This document shows, piece by piece, positions 9,561 through 18,977 of a stretch of 29,951 nt of DNA (positions within the stretch are counted from its first letter, which is position 1; every line of letters begins with the position of its first letter). The position numbers and the translations under genes were made by a program. The notes beneath the pieces are model-generated. The model ran no database searches and had not been told where the DNA came from. It saw only the letters and a program-made list of their open reading frames with translations. Origin of the DNA: a candidate division WOR-3 bacterium (GTDB lineage: Bacteria > Hydrothermota > Tepidihabitantia > SM23-42 > JAOAFX01); NCBI GenBank assembly GCA_037444665.1, contig JBBILZ010000032.1, positions 1 through 29,951 on the forward strand. Direction: 5' to 3'.

Positions 9561-9968
9561 TTGAGAGCGCGTAGAAATTCTGGATTAATCCAGGATTTAA
9601 ATTTCACGAATCTTGTGGATGTTGCATTGACCGTGCTGGTAGTATTTATCATCACGGCACCGATGATGACACCAGGTATTGATGTAAATCTGCCCAGGAC
9701 TGATGCCTCTTTACCCCATGATGAGGAAGGAATTACAATTTCCATCAAAGAAAATAAGAATGTTTATATTGAGAATGACCGTATTTCAATAAATGAATTT
9801 GAATCAAGGTTGAAAAAAATCTTAGAAAAAAAACCGCCAGGAGTTACTGTGTATCTACGCGCGGATAAAAATATTGACTATGGCTTTGTAATTGAGGTCA
9901 TCGGAATGATGAGAAAGGCGGGTGTAAAAGATTTGGGGCTGGTTGCAGAAATCCCGCAGGAGCAATGA
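9561..9968 (+). CDS. tolR: TolR/ExbD subunit
   Basis: NFTNLVDV.L..LVVFIITAP, VNLP, LRADK; TTG start. Confidence 0.88.
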   Translation: MRARRNSGLIQDLNFTNLVDVALTVLVVFIITAPMMTPGIDVNLPRTDASLPHDEEGITISIKENKNVYIENDRISINEFESRLKKILEKKPPGVTVYLRADKNIDYGFVIEVIGMMRKAGVKDLGLVAEIPQEQ

Positions 9969-10612
9969 ATCGTTTTACATTAATATCAGTTCTTCTCCAT
10001 CTTTTATTATTTGGCACAATTGCCCTTTCCAGCAGAAGTAGTTTTAAATCCATACCAAAGATTGAAGTATACAAAGTGAGCCTTGCGCCCCTTCCCCAGC
10101 CAAAGGTTTCAGGTATTCCTGAGGCAGCGATTGAACCGCAGACTATAAAAGAACCAGAGAAAAAAGAAGAAGAGAAGAGACCACCTGAACAAAAGAAACC
10201 AGTGGCAAAAAAGGAAACAAAGCAAACAAAAGAAACTAAAGAAACTAAACCGACCAAAGAGACCCAAAAGGGATTGCCTGATGGACTACCTGATATTAGA
10301 CCACAGATCTATACAGGCAGTGGCAGGGGATTTACCTATTCTTATTATCTAAATATCTTGTTAAATAAGATCGGACAGAACTGGAATAATCCATATAGAG
10401 AGAAAGATGTGATATTAAAATCCATCATCTATTTTGAAGTGGATAAGAACGGCGTGATATCAAATATCCGGGTTGAAGAGGATTCTGGAGATGAAATTTA
10501 TAATGAATCTACGGTTCGTGCAGTTGCCCTGACAAAAAAATTACCACCCTTACCTCAAGAATTCTCTGATGACTATCTCAAGGTGCATTTAGAATTTTTA
10601 ACTGCAGAGTGA
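9965..10612 (+). CDS. tolA: TolA/TonB-like energy transducer
   Basis: N-terminal TM with SVLLH, Lys/Glu/Pro linker, TonB_C-like domain (SG..IYN...LPPLP); between tolR and tolB. Confidence 0.75.
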   Translation: MNRFTLISVLLHLLLFGTIALSSRSSFKSIPKIEVYKVSLAPLPQPKVSGIPEAAIEPQTIKEPEKKEEEKRPPEQKKPVAKKETKQTKETKETKPTKETQKGLPDGLPDIRPQIYTGSGRGFTYSYYLNILLNKIGQNWNNPYREKDVILKSIIYFEVDKNGVISNIRVEEDSGDEIYNESTVRAVALTKKLPPLPQEFSDDYLKVHLEFLTAE

Positions 10613-10685
10613 AATTGAATCAAAAGCCTAAAGCAAAAAATCCTGAAAAAAAAGTGGCGACTCAATTCCAATATTTTAAACTAAT

Positions 10686-10750
10686 TTTGGAATTTGGGTC
10701 ATTGTGTTTTGGAACTTGTTTCGCATTTGGAAATTCGAATTTCGGATTTT
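10686..10750. repeat. Degenerate heptamer (TTGGAAT-like) repeat patch
   Basis: TTTGGAATTTGGGTCATTG...TTTGGAAATTCGAATTTCGGATTT; related to 14681-14708 and the reverse complement of about 23782-23805. Confidence 0.6.
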
Positions 10751-10762
10751 GTCCTCAGAGAG

Positions 10763-12016
10763 ATGATTAGAATATTGAATCCGCGGTTTTATAGATTAAT
10801 TTCATTTATCTGCTTCATTTCAGCATATGGAGTATTTGCCCAGGAGGTCTTTTTAAGGCTTACAGATTATGCTGGAGGCAAGACCAATATTGTTATTGAA
10901 CCGTTTAATGTTCAGGGCACACCGGATTTTGTTACCAAAGTAAAAAATATTGAATCAATTATTAAATATGACCTTGATTATTCGTTATATTTTGAAATTT
11001 TCTCAGATACTGTCGCATTAAAATCAAATTCCAAAAAAACTGGAGTAATACTCAGGGCATCGGGTAATGAGCCAAATTTAATAATCGCCCTGCTTGATCT
11101 TGAATCAAAAGAGAAGATAGGTGAAATATCTTCACCGATTCAGGGTGAACTGCGTAGATTTGCGCATCTTCTCTCAGACAATATCATTGAGACCCTGACC
11201 GGTGAAAAGGGCATCTCCACAACCAGAATTGTATTTTCTTATCGCTCAGGAACAGTAAAAGAACTCGCAATGATTGATTATGATGGTTATAATTTTACTC
11301 CGCTGACAAAAAACAAGAACTTCAATCTCTTTCCTTGCTGGGCACCGGAAGGCAACAGGATATTATATTCTACTTATATCAAAGATAGGCTGAATCTTAA
11401 TCTTCTTGACCTTGACCAGAAATCACTTACGATAATCTCAACCCATGCAGGATTGAATTATGCACCAGATTGGTCACCAGATGGCACAAAGATTGCCTTA
11501 ACTCTGACCAAGGATGGTAATGCAGAAATCTATCTTTTAGATTTACAGAGTAAAGAATTGCATAGATTAACAAATAATCGGGCAATTGACTGCTCGCCGG
11601 TCTTTTCTCCAAACAGTCGGGAGATTGCCTTTGTTTCAGACCGCTCAGGTATGCCACAGATTTATATAATGGATGTTTATGGAGGTAATGTTCGAAGATT
11701 GACATACCATGGTGATTATAATACAAGTCCTGCCTGGTCACCAAGAGGTGATTTAATCGCCTATGTTTCAAGACAATCAAACTACTCCCAGCAAATATGC
11801 GTTACTGACCCAAATGATTTTCAGCCCATTCAATTAACCTTTGATGGCAATAACGAAGAACCATCCTGGTCACCTGATGGTCTCCATATTGTCTTCATTT
11901 CAAACCGCACTGGACAATATGAGTTATGGACAATGAACTGGGATGGCACAAGACAGCGTAAACTTTCCCAGGGCATAGTTGCCTATGCACCGGATTGGTC
12001 ACCCTTTATCAAATAG
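10763..12016 (+). CDS. tolB: Tol-Pal beta-propeller protein TolB
   Basis: Repeated P.WSPDG (PD40) motifs, DYDG, FVSDRSG.PQIY; signal peptide from ATG 10763 (the upstream TTG lies in a repeat patch). Confidence 0.92.
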   Translation: MIRILNPRFYRLISFICFISAYGVFAQEVFLRLTDYAGGKTNIVIEPFNVQGTPDFVTKVKNIESIIKYDLDYSLYFEIFSDTVALKSNSKKTGVILRASGNEPNLIIALLDLESKEKIGEISSPIQGELRRFAHLLSDNIIETLTGEKGISTTRIVFSYRSGTVKELAMIDYDGYNFTPLTKNKNFNLFPCWAPEGNRILYSTYIKDRLNLNLLDLDQKSLTIISTHAGLNYAPDWSPDGTKIALTLTKDGNAEIYLLDLQSKELHRLTNNRAIDCSPVFSPNSREIAFVSDRSGMPQIYIMDVYGGNVRRLTYHGDYNTSPAWSPRGDLIAYVSRQSNYSQQICVTDPNDFQPIQLTFDGNNEEPSWSPDGLHIVFISNRTGQYELWTMNWDGTRQRKLSQGIVAYAPDWSPFIK

Positions 12017-12020
12017 ATTC

Positions 12021-12695
12021 TTAAAATACCAGCCCCAGAATATCTGCAGTTAATGCTACTAAAAAATGTAGTATTGCACAGGGCAGAAAACTACGGCCGC
12101 GGATCGCAATTATTCCCAGAAAAATACCGGCAATGATTGAGCCGTATGCTTCAAGTGGTGGCTTCCGATAGTGCATTATCGCAAATGGAATTGTCTGTAT
12201 CAATATTGCCAGCCGTGTATCAATCTTTTTTGACAGACCAAAGAGCATAAATCCACGATAGAAAAATTCCCAGCCAAACATATAAATGAGTTGCGCGATC
12301 TGATAAGTAATAAAATTGTTAAATCCTTTTCGTGCATTAATTGAAAGCGGATACACAGATTTAAAATTTGTAAATTTAAATATGATGAGAAGTATTGGTA
12401 GCATTATGAATAGTAGAATTATAAGGTCTTTTAGCCATATTTTAAGATTACCCAACCGTATGCCATAGTCTGCAGGTCTATTTTTGAATAACACCATAAT
12501 GACCAGAGGTGACATAAAATAGATAATACCCTGTATAGTCAACCTTTCATAAAAAGGTTCATTCTTAAAGAAGATTCGGGTGCGTTTCAAATATAATGAA
12601 AATAATAGAATAAAACAGGCATAGCAGATGATGATTAATGTCTCTAAATCAAATTTTTTAATCTCAGATATTATTTCAATGACCCATTTTTTCAT
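12021..12695 (-). CDS. CPBP (CAAX/Abi) family intramembrane protease
   Basis: WEFFYRG, PFAIMH, ILH motifs in a multi-TM protein. Confidence 0.85.
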   Translation of the reverse strand: MKKWVIEIISEIKKFDLETLIIICYACFILLFSLYLKRTRIFFKNEPFYERLTIQGIIYFMSPLVIMVLFKNRPADYGIRLGNLKIWLKDLIILLFIMLPILLIIFKFTNFKSVYPLSINARKGFNNFITYQIAQLIYMFGWEFFYRGFMLFGLSKKIDTRLAILIQTIPFAIMHYRKPPLEAYGSIIAGIFLGIIAIRGRSFLPCAILHFLVALTADILGLVF

Positions 12696-12700
12696 ATATT

Positions 12701-13162
12701 TTAATATCTTGCAGAATATACCTGATAGAAATCTTTCTGCCTTTTAAAATATGCCCTGACCGATGCAGGTTGTATTACTCCGCCATAAACAAGCACCTTT
12801 TCATTCTCGTATTTTGCAATTATCCGCAATCCAAGACTACAACTTGCGTAAAAAATTTTATTTGCATCAACCGAATCAATTTTGACCTTTAGTCCGCTCA
12901 TCATTATGCTTATTGAATCTCCTGTAGCGATTAGTTCATCAATGATTGATATTAAATTTTCATAATCAAGACCATTAATATCTTTGTAATTTTTATCAAT
13001 ATAGTTCAGTATCATTGCCTTATGCTCTTTTTCTACAGACTGTCTTAGATTGTTGATATCTCTTATTAATCTTTTCTTTTCATCGGGCAACAATTTAATT
13101 ACAATAAAAATTATTATTAAAGATGTAAGTGCTAATAAGATTATGTGCATAGTTTTATTCAT
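12701..13162 (-). CDS. Hypothetical protein with N-terminal membrane anchor
   Basis: GGAGG before ATG 13162 (alternative GTG 13168); tightly packed between neighbours on the same strand. Confidence 0.7.
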   Translation of the reverse strand: MNKTMHIILLALTSLIIIFIVIKLLPDEKKRLIRDINNLRQSVEKEHKAMILNYIDKNYKDINGLDYENLISIIDELIATGDSISIMMSGLKVKIDSVDANKIFYASCSLGLRIIAKYENEKVLVYGGVIQPASVRAYFKRQKDFYQVYSARY

Positions 13163-13171
13163 CTCCACCTC

Positions 13172-14716
13172 CTAAGATAATATTAATACAATACCGAGTA
13201 CAAAAAAGAGCAGGGCAGTAAAGAGTTTTACAATGGGTATATTTTTTGATAAAACTCGTGCTACATCTTCACGCGATATAATATTTGCAGCAATGGCAAT
13301 AACAATCAAAGGAATAATAAACATAATATTATAAATAATGAGAACCATTATTGGTTTTAATGCAAGATTGTTGCGGGAAACCACAAATGTGATAGTAGGT
13401 AGATATACCTGGCCAGTACACCCAAATTCAAGAAAAGAGACCAGAACACCAGCAATAAAAGAACCAATTAATATTCCGCCAATGCCGGTCTTTTCTTTTA
13501 TTTCTTTATGGATTTTCTGTTTAATTATCAATGGTAACTGCAGAATCATTCTGTCTGTATTACCTGAGCGGGCAACAAAATAATCATAAAGACTCAATAT
13601 TCCTAAAATAATTGCCAGTATACCAAAAGTGATAAATAATATTTGTCCAATAATCTTTATTGTAGTAAGGGTGTTTAAGATAATATATGCACCAAAGCCT
13701 ATGGCAAGATAACATAAAAAGACCGCAGTGATAAAAGATATAGACATAGCAATGATTGTTCTTCTCCTTTTTCCAATAAACAGGAGATAACTGACAAAGA
13801 ATATTATTGTGGCAAAGGCACAAGGGTTTACTCCATCAATCAGCCCGGCAAAGATAATGCCTGGAATAGAGAATTTTGAAAATCTATCAAGTATGCTTTG
13901 TTCACCATAAGCTAATTTCAAGGTATCAAGCCTGGGACTTCCTGAAGAATATTTTACAATCAAGGATTCAATCTGGCTTGAGTTAAATTTTTTTACCAAA
14001 TAGTCTTCGCCAATAAAGATTGCTGGGACAATGAGCCTATTCTCTGCAGGCACTTTTTTGATTTCAGCAAGTTCTTCGTAAAAGATTTTACTTTTATTAT
14101 CAAAAATATTGTAACGATAAATTTTTAGTGCGGGATATTTTTTTAAAAAACCATTTAACATCAATTCAGCACGATTACATTCCTGGCATGCAGTCTGGTA
14201 AAAATAATATAAATTTATTTCAGCGGTCACTATTTTTATTGTATCCACTCTAACTTGATTCGTATCTTTTATAACGATTTTTTTAGTGCCGGCATATTTT
14301 TTAATAATTCCGGATAGTCTTTTTCTTATCTCATCAGGGCCATAAAGTGCAGAATCGCCAACAAAAATAATGGGTAAATCCTCACCAATATTTTTGATAT
14401 TTTTCTCCTTTTCCATCTGTTCCAGAATTTTGTAATTATCCAGGTCATTGAGGTTATATTTTTTTAATACAAATTCGTAGCGATTCTGCAATTCTGGAAT
14501 ATCTCCAAGCAAGATATCCATACAATGTCCACAATCAGGAGAATAGAAAAAATGGACAGCGATACCTCCTGAAGCACCGATTGCCGTAAAGCCCGTATTC
14601 AAACCAAAGATTAAGATACTCAAAGTAATAACCACATTCAAGCAGTTAAATTTTGTTAATTGGAGGAATTGGTAATTTAATTGGAATTTGGGATTTGGAA
14701 TTTGAAGTTTCTTCAT
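13172..14716 (-). CDS. Two thioredoxin-like domains fused to a CcdA/DsbD-like transmembrane domain
   Basis: FFYSPDCGHC and FYQTACQEC; TM cysteines in DGVNPCAF and EFGCTGQVY. Confidence 0.82.
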   Translation of the reverse strand: MKKLQIPNPKFQLNYQFLQLTKFNCLNVVITLSILIFGLNTGFTAIGASGGIAVHFFYSPDCGHCMDILLGDIPELQNRYEFVLKKYNLNDLDNYKILEQMEKEKNIKNIGEDLPIIFVGDSALYGPDEIRKRLSGIIKKYAGTKKIVIKDTNQVRVDTIKIVTAEINLYYFYQTACQECNRAELMLNGFLKKYPALKIYRYNIFDNKSKIFYEELAEIKKVPAENRLIVPAIFIGEDYLVKKFNSSQIESLIVKYSSGSPRLDTLKLAYGEQSILDRFSKFSIPGIIFAGLIDGVNPCAFATIIFFVSYLLFIGKRRRTIIAMSISFITAVFLCYLAIGFGAYIILNTLTTIKIIGQILFITFGILAIILGILSLYDYFVARSGNTDRMILQLPLIIKQKIHKEIKEKTGIGGILIGSFIAGVLVSFLEFGCTGQVYLPTITFVVSRNNLALKPIMVLIIYNIMFIIPLIVIAIAANIISREDVARVLSKNIPIVKLFTALLFFVLGIVLILS

Positions 14717-14724
14717 AAATGAAT

Positions 14725-14797
14725 TGGGTCATGCAGGATTCGAACCTGCGGCCACCGGATTAAAAATCCGATGCTCTGCCAACTGAGCTAATGACCC
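14725..14797 (-). tRNA. tRNA-Lys (anticodon UUU), CCA not encoded
   Basis: GGGTCAT acceptor stem, TAGCTCAGTTGGCAGAGC D arm, TCGGA-TTTTTAA-TCCGG anticodon arm, GGTTCGAATCC T arm. Confidence 0.96.
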
Positions 14798-14810
14798 GCA
14801 ACAGCATCTT

Positions 14811-14838
14811 ATTATAGCAAAAATCCAATGAATGTCAA
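14811..14838 (-). promoter_or_regulatory. tRNA-Lys promoter
   Basis: Minus strand TTGACA-16-TATAAT with extended TGn. Confidence 0.8.
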
Positions 14839-14875
14839 TGACCTGATACTGATAAGCACATTCCTGCTATAAGCA

Positions 14876-14903
14876 TTGACTACAAAAGAAATTTGGCTAT
14901 TAT
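14876..14903 (+). promoter_or_regulatory. Promoter of the RNase-phoBR operon, probably leaderless
   Basis: TTGACT-16-TATTAT; ATG 14909 lies 5 nt downstream. Confidence 0.62.
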
Positions 14904-14908
14904 TTTCT

Positions 14909-16285
14909 ATGGACATTACCTTTATTGGCGCAACCAGGACAGTTACTGGCTCAATGCATCTATTTGAATATAAAAAGAATAAATTTTTATTAGAGTGCGG
15001 GCTCTATCAGGGGCACCGTGCTGAAGCAGAGAGGATAAATCGCACATTTCCTTTTAAACCAAAAGACATAAATTGCGTAATCCTCTCGCATGGGCACCTT
15101 GACCATTCAGGGAACCTGCCTTCTTTAGTCAAAAGGAATTTCAAGGGAGAGATTTATTGCACACCAGCAACACGCGATGTGGCAGAATTGTTATTACTTG
15201 ACTCTGCCCATCTCCAGGAGAATGATATAACATTCTTCAATAAAAAACAGCATAAGGCAGGGTTGCCCACAAAAGAGCCGCTCTATACTGTAACTGATGC
15301 AGAAAATACATTACAATTCTTCAAGGGTATTAATTATCATAATCAATTCAATCCTGTGCCTGGTGTTACTGCAACATTTTATGATGCAGGGCATATCCTT
15401 GGCTCTGCCCAGATTCTGATTGAATTTGATAATAAAAGGTTGCTTTTCAGTGGCGATCTTGGAAGAAAAAATATGCCCATTATAAGGGACCCGGAGATTC
15501 TTAAAGATATTGACTATCTCATTCTTGAGTCAACCTATGGAAGCAGGATCCATAGTTCATTTGAGCAGATGATTGATGAATTAAAGAACATCATCATTGA
15601 GGGTATAGAAAAAAAGAGCAGGATCATCATCCCGGCATTTGCCGTAGAGCGGACTCAGGTTCTAGTCACAATGCTTAAAAATCTTTACCAGGATGGTGTA
15701 TTAAAGAGTGTTCCTATCTTCGTTGATAGTCCTTTAGCCAACAATGTTACCGAGGTCTTTAGAAACCATCCAGAATGTTTTGACAAAGAGACCTATGAAA
15801 AATTTTTAAAAGAAGAGCCATTTGATTTTCCTGGAATAAATTATATTAAAAATATAGAGGATTCAAAAAGATTGAATGAAAAAAACGGACCATTGATAAT
15901 CATATCTGCCTCAGGGATGTGTGAAGGTGGCAGGGTATTACACCATCTAATCCATTCCATAGAAGATGAAAAGAATATTATTATTTTAACAGGATTCCAG
16001 GCATCAGGTACACTGGGCAGAAAGATTCTTGATGGGCATAAAGAGATTTTTATCTTTGATACAAAATTTTTGGTGCGGGCAAAGGTCTATTTTATGGCAG
16101 GGCTCTCTGCCCATGCAGATAGCAATGACCTTGTGGATTATGTGAGGGCGATAAACAACGGTCGCTTGAAAAAAATATTTTTAATACATGGAGAAATCAC
16201 TGAAGCAGTAGTATTAAAAGAAAAACTGGAATCACTGAACATCCCTGTTGAAATCCCTGAGTGTATGACAAAGGTTGTTTTATGA
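14909..16285 (+). CDS. Metallo-beta-lactamase/beta-CASP ribonuclease
   Basis: GATRTVTGS, SHGHLDHSG, AGHILGS, SGDLG, ESTYG, ASGMCEGGR, SAHAD, IHGE; the TTG at 14876 is the -35 box, so ATG 14909 is preferred. Confidence 0.92.
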   Translation: MDITFIGATRTVTGSMHLFEYKKNKFLLECGLYQGHRAEAERINRTFPFKPKDINCVILSHGHLDHSGNLPSLVKRNFKGEIYCTPATRDVAELLLLDSAHLQENDITFFNKKQHKAGLPTKEPLYTVTDAENTLQFFKGINYHNQFNPVPGVTATFYDAGHILGSAQILIEFDNKRLLFSGDLGRKNMPIIRDPEILKDIDYLILESTYGSRIHSSFEQMIDELKNIIIEGIEKKSRIIIPAFAVERTQVLVTMLKNLYQDGVLKSVPIFVDSPLANNVTEVFRNHPECFDKETYEKFLKEEPFDFPGINYIKNIEDSKRLNEKNGPLIIISASGMCEGGRVLHHLIHSIEDEKNIIILTGFQASGTLGRKILDGHKEIFIFDTKFLVRAKVYFMAGLSAHADSNDLVDYVRAINNGRLKKIFLIHGEITEAVVLKEKLESLNIPVEIPECMTKVVL

Positions 16286-16950
16286 AAACAGAAGTCGTAA
16301 TAATAGAAGATGATACCGCAATTCTTGATTTAATCAAATATAATCTTGAAAAAAATGGTTATTCAACCCAGGGATTTACCAGTGGTTATGAGGGATTGGA
16401 ATATATTCTCATGAATCCACCTGCCATTTTGATTCTGGATTTGATGCTTCCTGATATTGATGGTTTTGAAATTTGTAAAGAATTAAAGAATAACCAGAAG
16501 ACAAAAAATCTACCCATAATTATTCTTACGGCAAAAGGTGAAGAAGTTGATAGGATTTTGGGTCTTGAACTCGGTGCTGATGATTATATTGTCAAACCTT
16601 TCAGCCTCAGAGAATTGGTTGCAAGGGTCAAGGCAGTTCTGCGCAGGTATCAGCAACAGACGTGCGAAGAGGTATTGAGATTTAAAAATCTCACAGTTGA
16701 TAAAGAAAGGCATAAGGTCTACCTGGATGATAAAGAGATTGACCTCACTGCTACGGAGTTTAAAATTCTTTTTACCCTTATGCAAAATCCCAGCAGGGTC
16801 TTTACCCGGGATAATCTTTTAGATGTCCTTGGTAAATTGGTACTGGACAGGAATATTGATGTCCATATTACAAAATTGAGAAAGAAACTTGGTCCGGCAG
16901 GCGCGTATATTAAGACCGTAAGGGGTGTTGGATACAAACTTGACCAATGA
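16282..16950 (+). CDS. phoB: OmpR-family response regulator, PhoB/PhoP-like
   Basis: IEDD, LDLMLP, LTAK, GADDYIVKPF, winged helix (DVHI..LRKKL, TVRGVGY); ATGA overlap with the RNase gene; pst context. Confidence 0.85.
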   Translation: MKTEVVIIEDDTAILDLIKYNLEKNGYSTQGFTSGYEGLEYILMNPPAILILDLMLPDIDGFEICKELKNNQKTKNLPIIILTAKGEEVDRILGLELGADDYIVKPFSLRELVARVKAVLRRYQQQTCEEVLRFKNLTVDKERHKVYLDDKEIDLTATEFKILFTLMQNPSRVFTRDNLLDVLGKLVLDRNIDVHITKLRKKLGPAGAYIKTVRGVGYKLDQ

Positions 16951-18179
16951 TCTATTGGATAGCAATCGTAGTTCTTAGTATTATTACCATCCTTCTGTTG
17001 TATTATATTATAACACAAAATAGAAAGATAAAAGATTTAACCAATTACTCCAAAAATATCGCAGATAACAATTATCAACCTCATCTTTTTAAAAGTCTCC
17101 CTAAAAATTTACAGGATTTATACAAAAACCTGAAATTGATTGCAGAAAAGATGGAAAATCAAGAGAGAATTTATGTCCAGGAAAATGAATTATTAACATA
17201 TCTTTTTGAAAAGACAAGGGAAGGAATTATTGTTACAAAGGAGGATGGTGAGATAATTATATCTAATGAATCATTCAAAAAGATTATGGGTTTTAATGTA
17301 AAGATTGAAGGACGAAATGTGAAAGAGCTATTCATCCACAAACAATTTTTGGATTTTATACAGCAAGATTTAAATCAAAATAATATGGAACTTGATCTCC
17401 CTAATAAAGGAAAGACTTTTTCAGTTGTTCGCTTGAAACTTCCTACATCCCAGAGAATTGTTTATCTATTTAGTGATATAACAGATACACAGAATCTCAA
17501 AAGGATAAAAGCAGAATTCATCACCAACCTTTCCCATGAATTGCGCACACCATTGACCGCGATTAAAGGTTACTTAGAAGCAATGAAGGATGAAAATATT
17601 AAAAAAGCCGATAGAGAACGATTCTTCAATATTGTTTGTAATAATGTTGATCGCCTGATAAATATTGTATCGGACCTTCTTGTTTTGTCTGATGTTGAAA
17701 GAACAGATAGAAAATTATCCATTGAAAATTTTGATTTAAATGAACTGGCAAAAGAAGTCATTGCCCTCTTTGTTCAGTCTGCAAAGGAAAAAAGTCTCTA
17801 TTTAAAAATTTCACCGGTTGATATCCCATTATATGCTGGTGACAGATTTATGATTCAGCAACTATTGATAAACTTAATCAGCAATGGTATAAGATTTACG
17901 GAAAAGGGTGGGGTTGAGTTGGCAATAAGATATAGAGACAATAATTTTATTATTAGCGTATCTGATACAGGAATAGGAATACCAACGGATGAGATTCCTA
18001 AAATATTTGAGCGATTCTATACAGTTGATAAGGCACGCTCCCGAATGCAGGGCGGAACTGGTTTAGGGCTATCAATAGTAAAACACATTGTTCAATTACA
18101 CCACGGTAAAATAGATGTAGAAAGTCTACCGGGCAAAGGTTCAAAATTTATAATAAGTTTACCCGGATTAAATACATAA
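16947..18179 (+). CDS. phoR: Sensor histidine kinase, PhoR-like
   Basis: N-terminal TM, PAS-like region, SHELRTPL, NLISN, DTGIG, FERFY, GGTGLGL. Confidence 0.85.
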   Translation: MIYWIAIVVLSIITILLLYYIITQNRKIKDLTNYSKNIADNNYQPHLFKSLPKNLQDLYKNLKLIAEKMENQERIYVQENELLTYLFEKTREGIIVTKEDGEIIISNESFKKIMGFNVKIEGRNVKELFIHKQFLDFIQQDLNQNNMELDLPNKGKTFSVVRLKLPTSQRIVYLFSDITDTQNLKRIKAEFITNLSHELRTPLTAIKGYLEAMKDENIKKADRERFFNIVCNNVDRLINIVSDLLVLSDVERTDRKLSIENFDLNELAKEVIALFVQSAKEKSLYLKISPVDIPLYAGDRFMIQQLLINLISNGIRFTEKGGVELAIRYRDNNFIISVSDTGIGIPTDEIPKIFERFYTVDKARSRMQGGTGLGLSIVKHIVQLHHGKIDVESLPGKGSKFIISLPGLNT

Positions 18180-18213
18180 ATACTTTTTTACTGTATCAGG
18201 ATTACATTACCTC

Positions 18214-18537
18214 CTACATCTTATCTTTCATTTTTTTTCTTTTAACCAAGAGTTTTGATAGATCTCTTTTCCCATGGATAAGACCCAAAATTACAATACG
18301 AGATTCCCCAATGTGATAAATAAGTCGCTATTCTTTTATTATAAGTTCCCGAATATTTAAATTTTCTAATTCTGGAACAATACGCCCTGTTTCTCCAAAT
18401 TCCTCAAGCGAATCACTCGCATCGAGAATCTCCTATACAAATGCGGCAGCATAAAATGCGGAATCGCGTGCAATGGAATTAGCAATGGCTTCCAGGTCAG
18501 TAGTATCTTCACAAGACCAAACTACTTGCCGAGCCAT
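18214..18537 (-). pseudogene. RelE/ParE-family toxin pseudogene with two in-frame TAG codons
   Basis: MARQVVWS..DLEAIA...AAAFV*EILD...GRIVPEL...IRELIIKE*RLIY...LIHGKRDL; TAG at 18433-18435 and 18328-18330. Confidence 0.85.
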
Positions 18538-18710
18538 TTTGACATCATCTTTTTGACTTGTTTTTGCGTATATAACCGCCCATTTTCTGCATCTTTTAAT
18601 CCACGCTGTATTTTTTGAAGGACATATAGATGGTATTGAATATCATCCAGTGAGCAATCATCTGGCAGACGCTTAAGAATTCTGCTTACTTCTTGTTTAG
18701 CTGTTGGCAT
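18522..18710 (-). CDS. Small putative antitoxin
   Basis: 62 aa (LPDD.SLDDIQYHLYV.QKI.RGL.D...GR), AGGAG SD, overlaps the toxin start. Confidence 0.78.
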   Translation of the reverse strand: MPTAKQEVSRILKRLPDDCSLDDIQYHLYVLQKIQRGLKDAENGRLYTQKQVKKMMSKWLGK

Positions 18711-18732
18711 GGTTGCTCCTTTTCAGTATGTT

Positions 18733-18760
18733 ATTATAATCTAATCGGTAATAATGTCAA
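18733..18760 (-). promoter_or_regulatory. Toxin-antitoxin promoter
   Basis: Minus strand TTGACA-16-TATAAT. Confidence 0.75.
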
Positions 18761-18912
18761 GAATATCTTGTAGTTTCAAGACATGGTACACGCCTGAAAA
18801 AATCGTCAATCGTTGAACGGTTTCGCAGCCCGTATCGTGAAACAGTTTGGTCTTTCGTATAAAAACCATAAACCATACCTTATAACCATACGAGCATCCA
18901 CGCCCAAAAACC

Positions 18913-18977
18913 TTAGACCATTCTTAACCATCTTTTAACATTCAATTAATAATCATTTAACAATTGGGGGGTATAAT
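18913..18977 (+). promoter_or_regulatory. Pho-box array plus -10 element
   Basis: TTAGAC, TTAACC, TTAACA, TTAATA, TTAACA at 18913, 18924, 18935, 18946, 18957 (exact 11-bp period), then TATAAT 18972-18977. Confidence 0.82.

Noticed and set aside
10694..10762. Longer starts in the ORF track for tolB (also 3435, 7644, 14876, 16261, 27661)
   Set aside because: The extensions fall in repeat DNA, promoter boxes, SD sequences or the upstream gene; downstream ATGs fit better
14725..14797. tRNA-Lys as a prophage or island attachment site
   Set aside because: No duplicate of the tRNA 3' end and no integrase were seen; flanking genes look chromosomal
1992..18435. Genome-wide amber (TAG) recoding suggested by three in-frame TAGs in pyrF and the toxin
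   Set aside because: TAG ends several intact genes at their expected C-termini (pyrF 2828, 4714, tolB 12016, 13172, 26096). The toxin TAGs appear to replace different residues (probably Gln and Tyr), each one base change away, which fits nonsense mutation.
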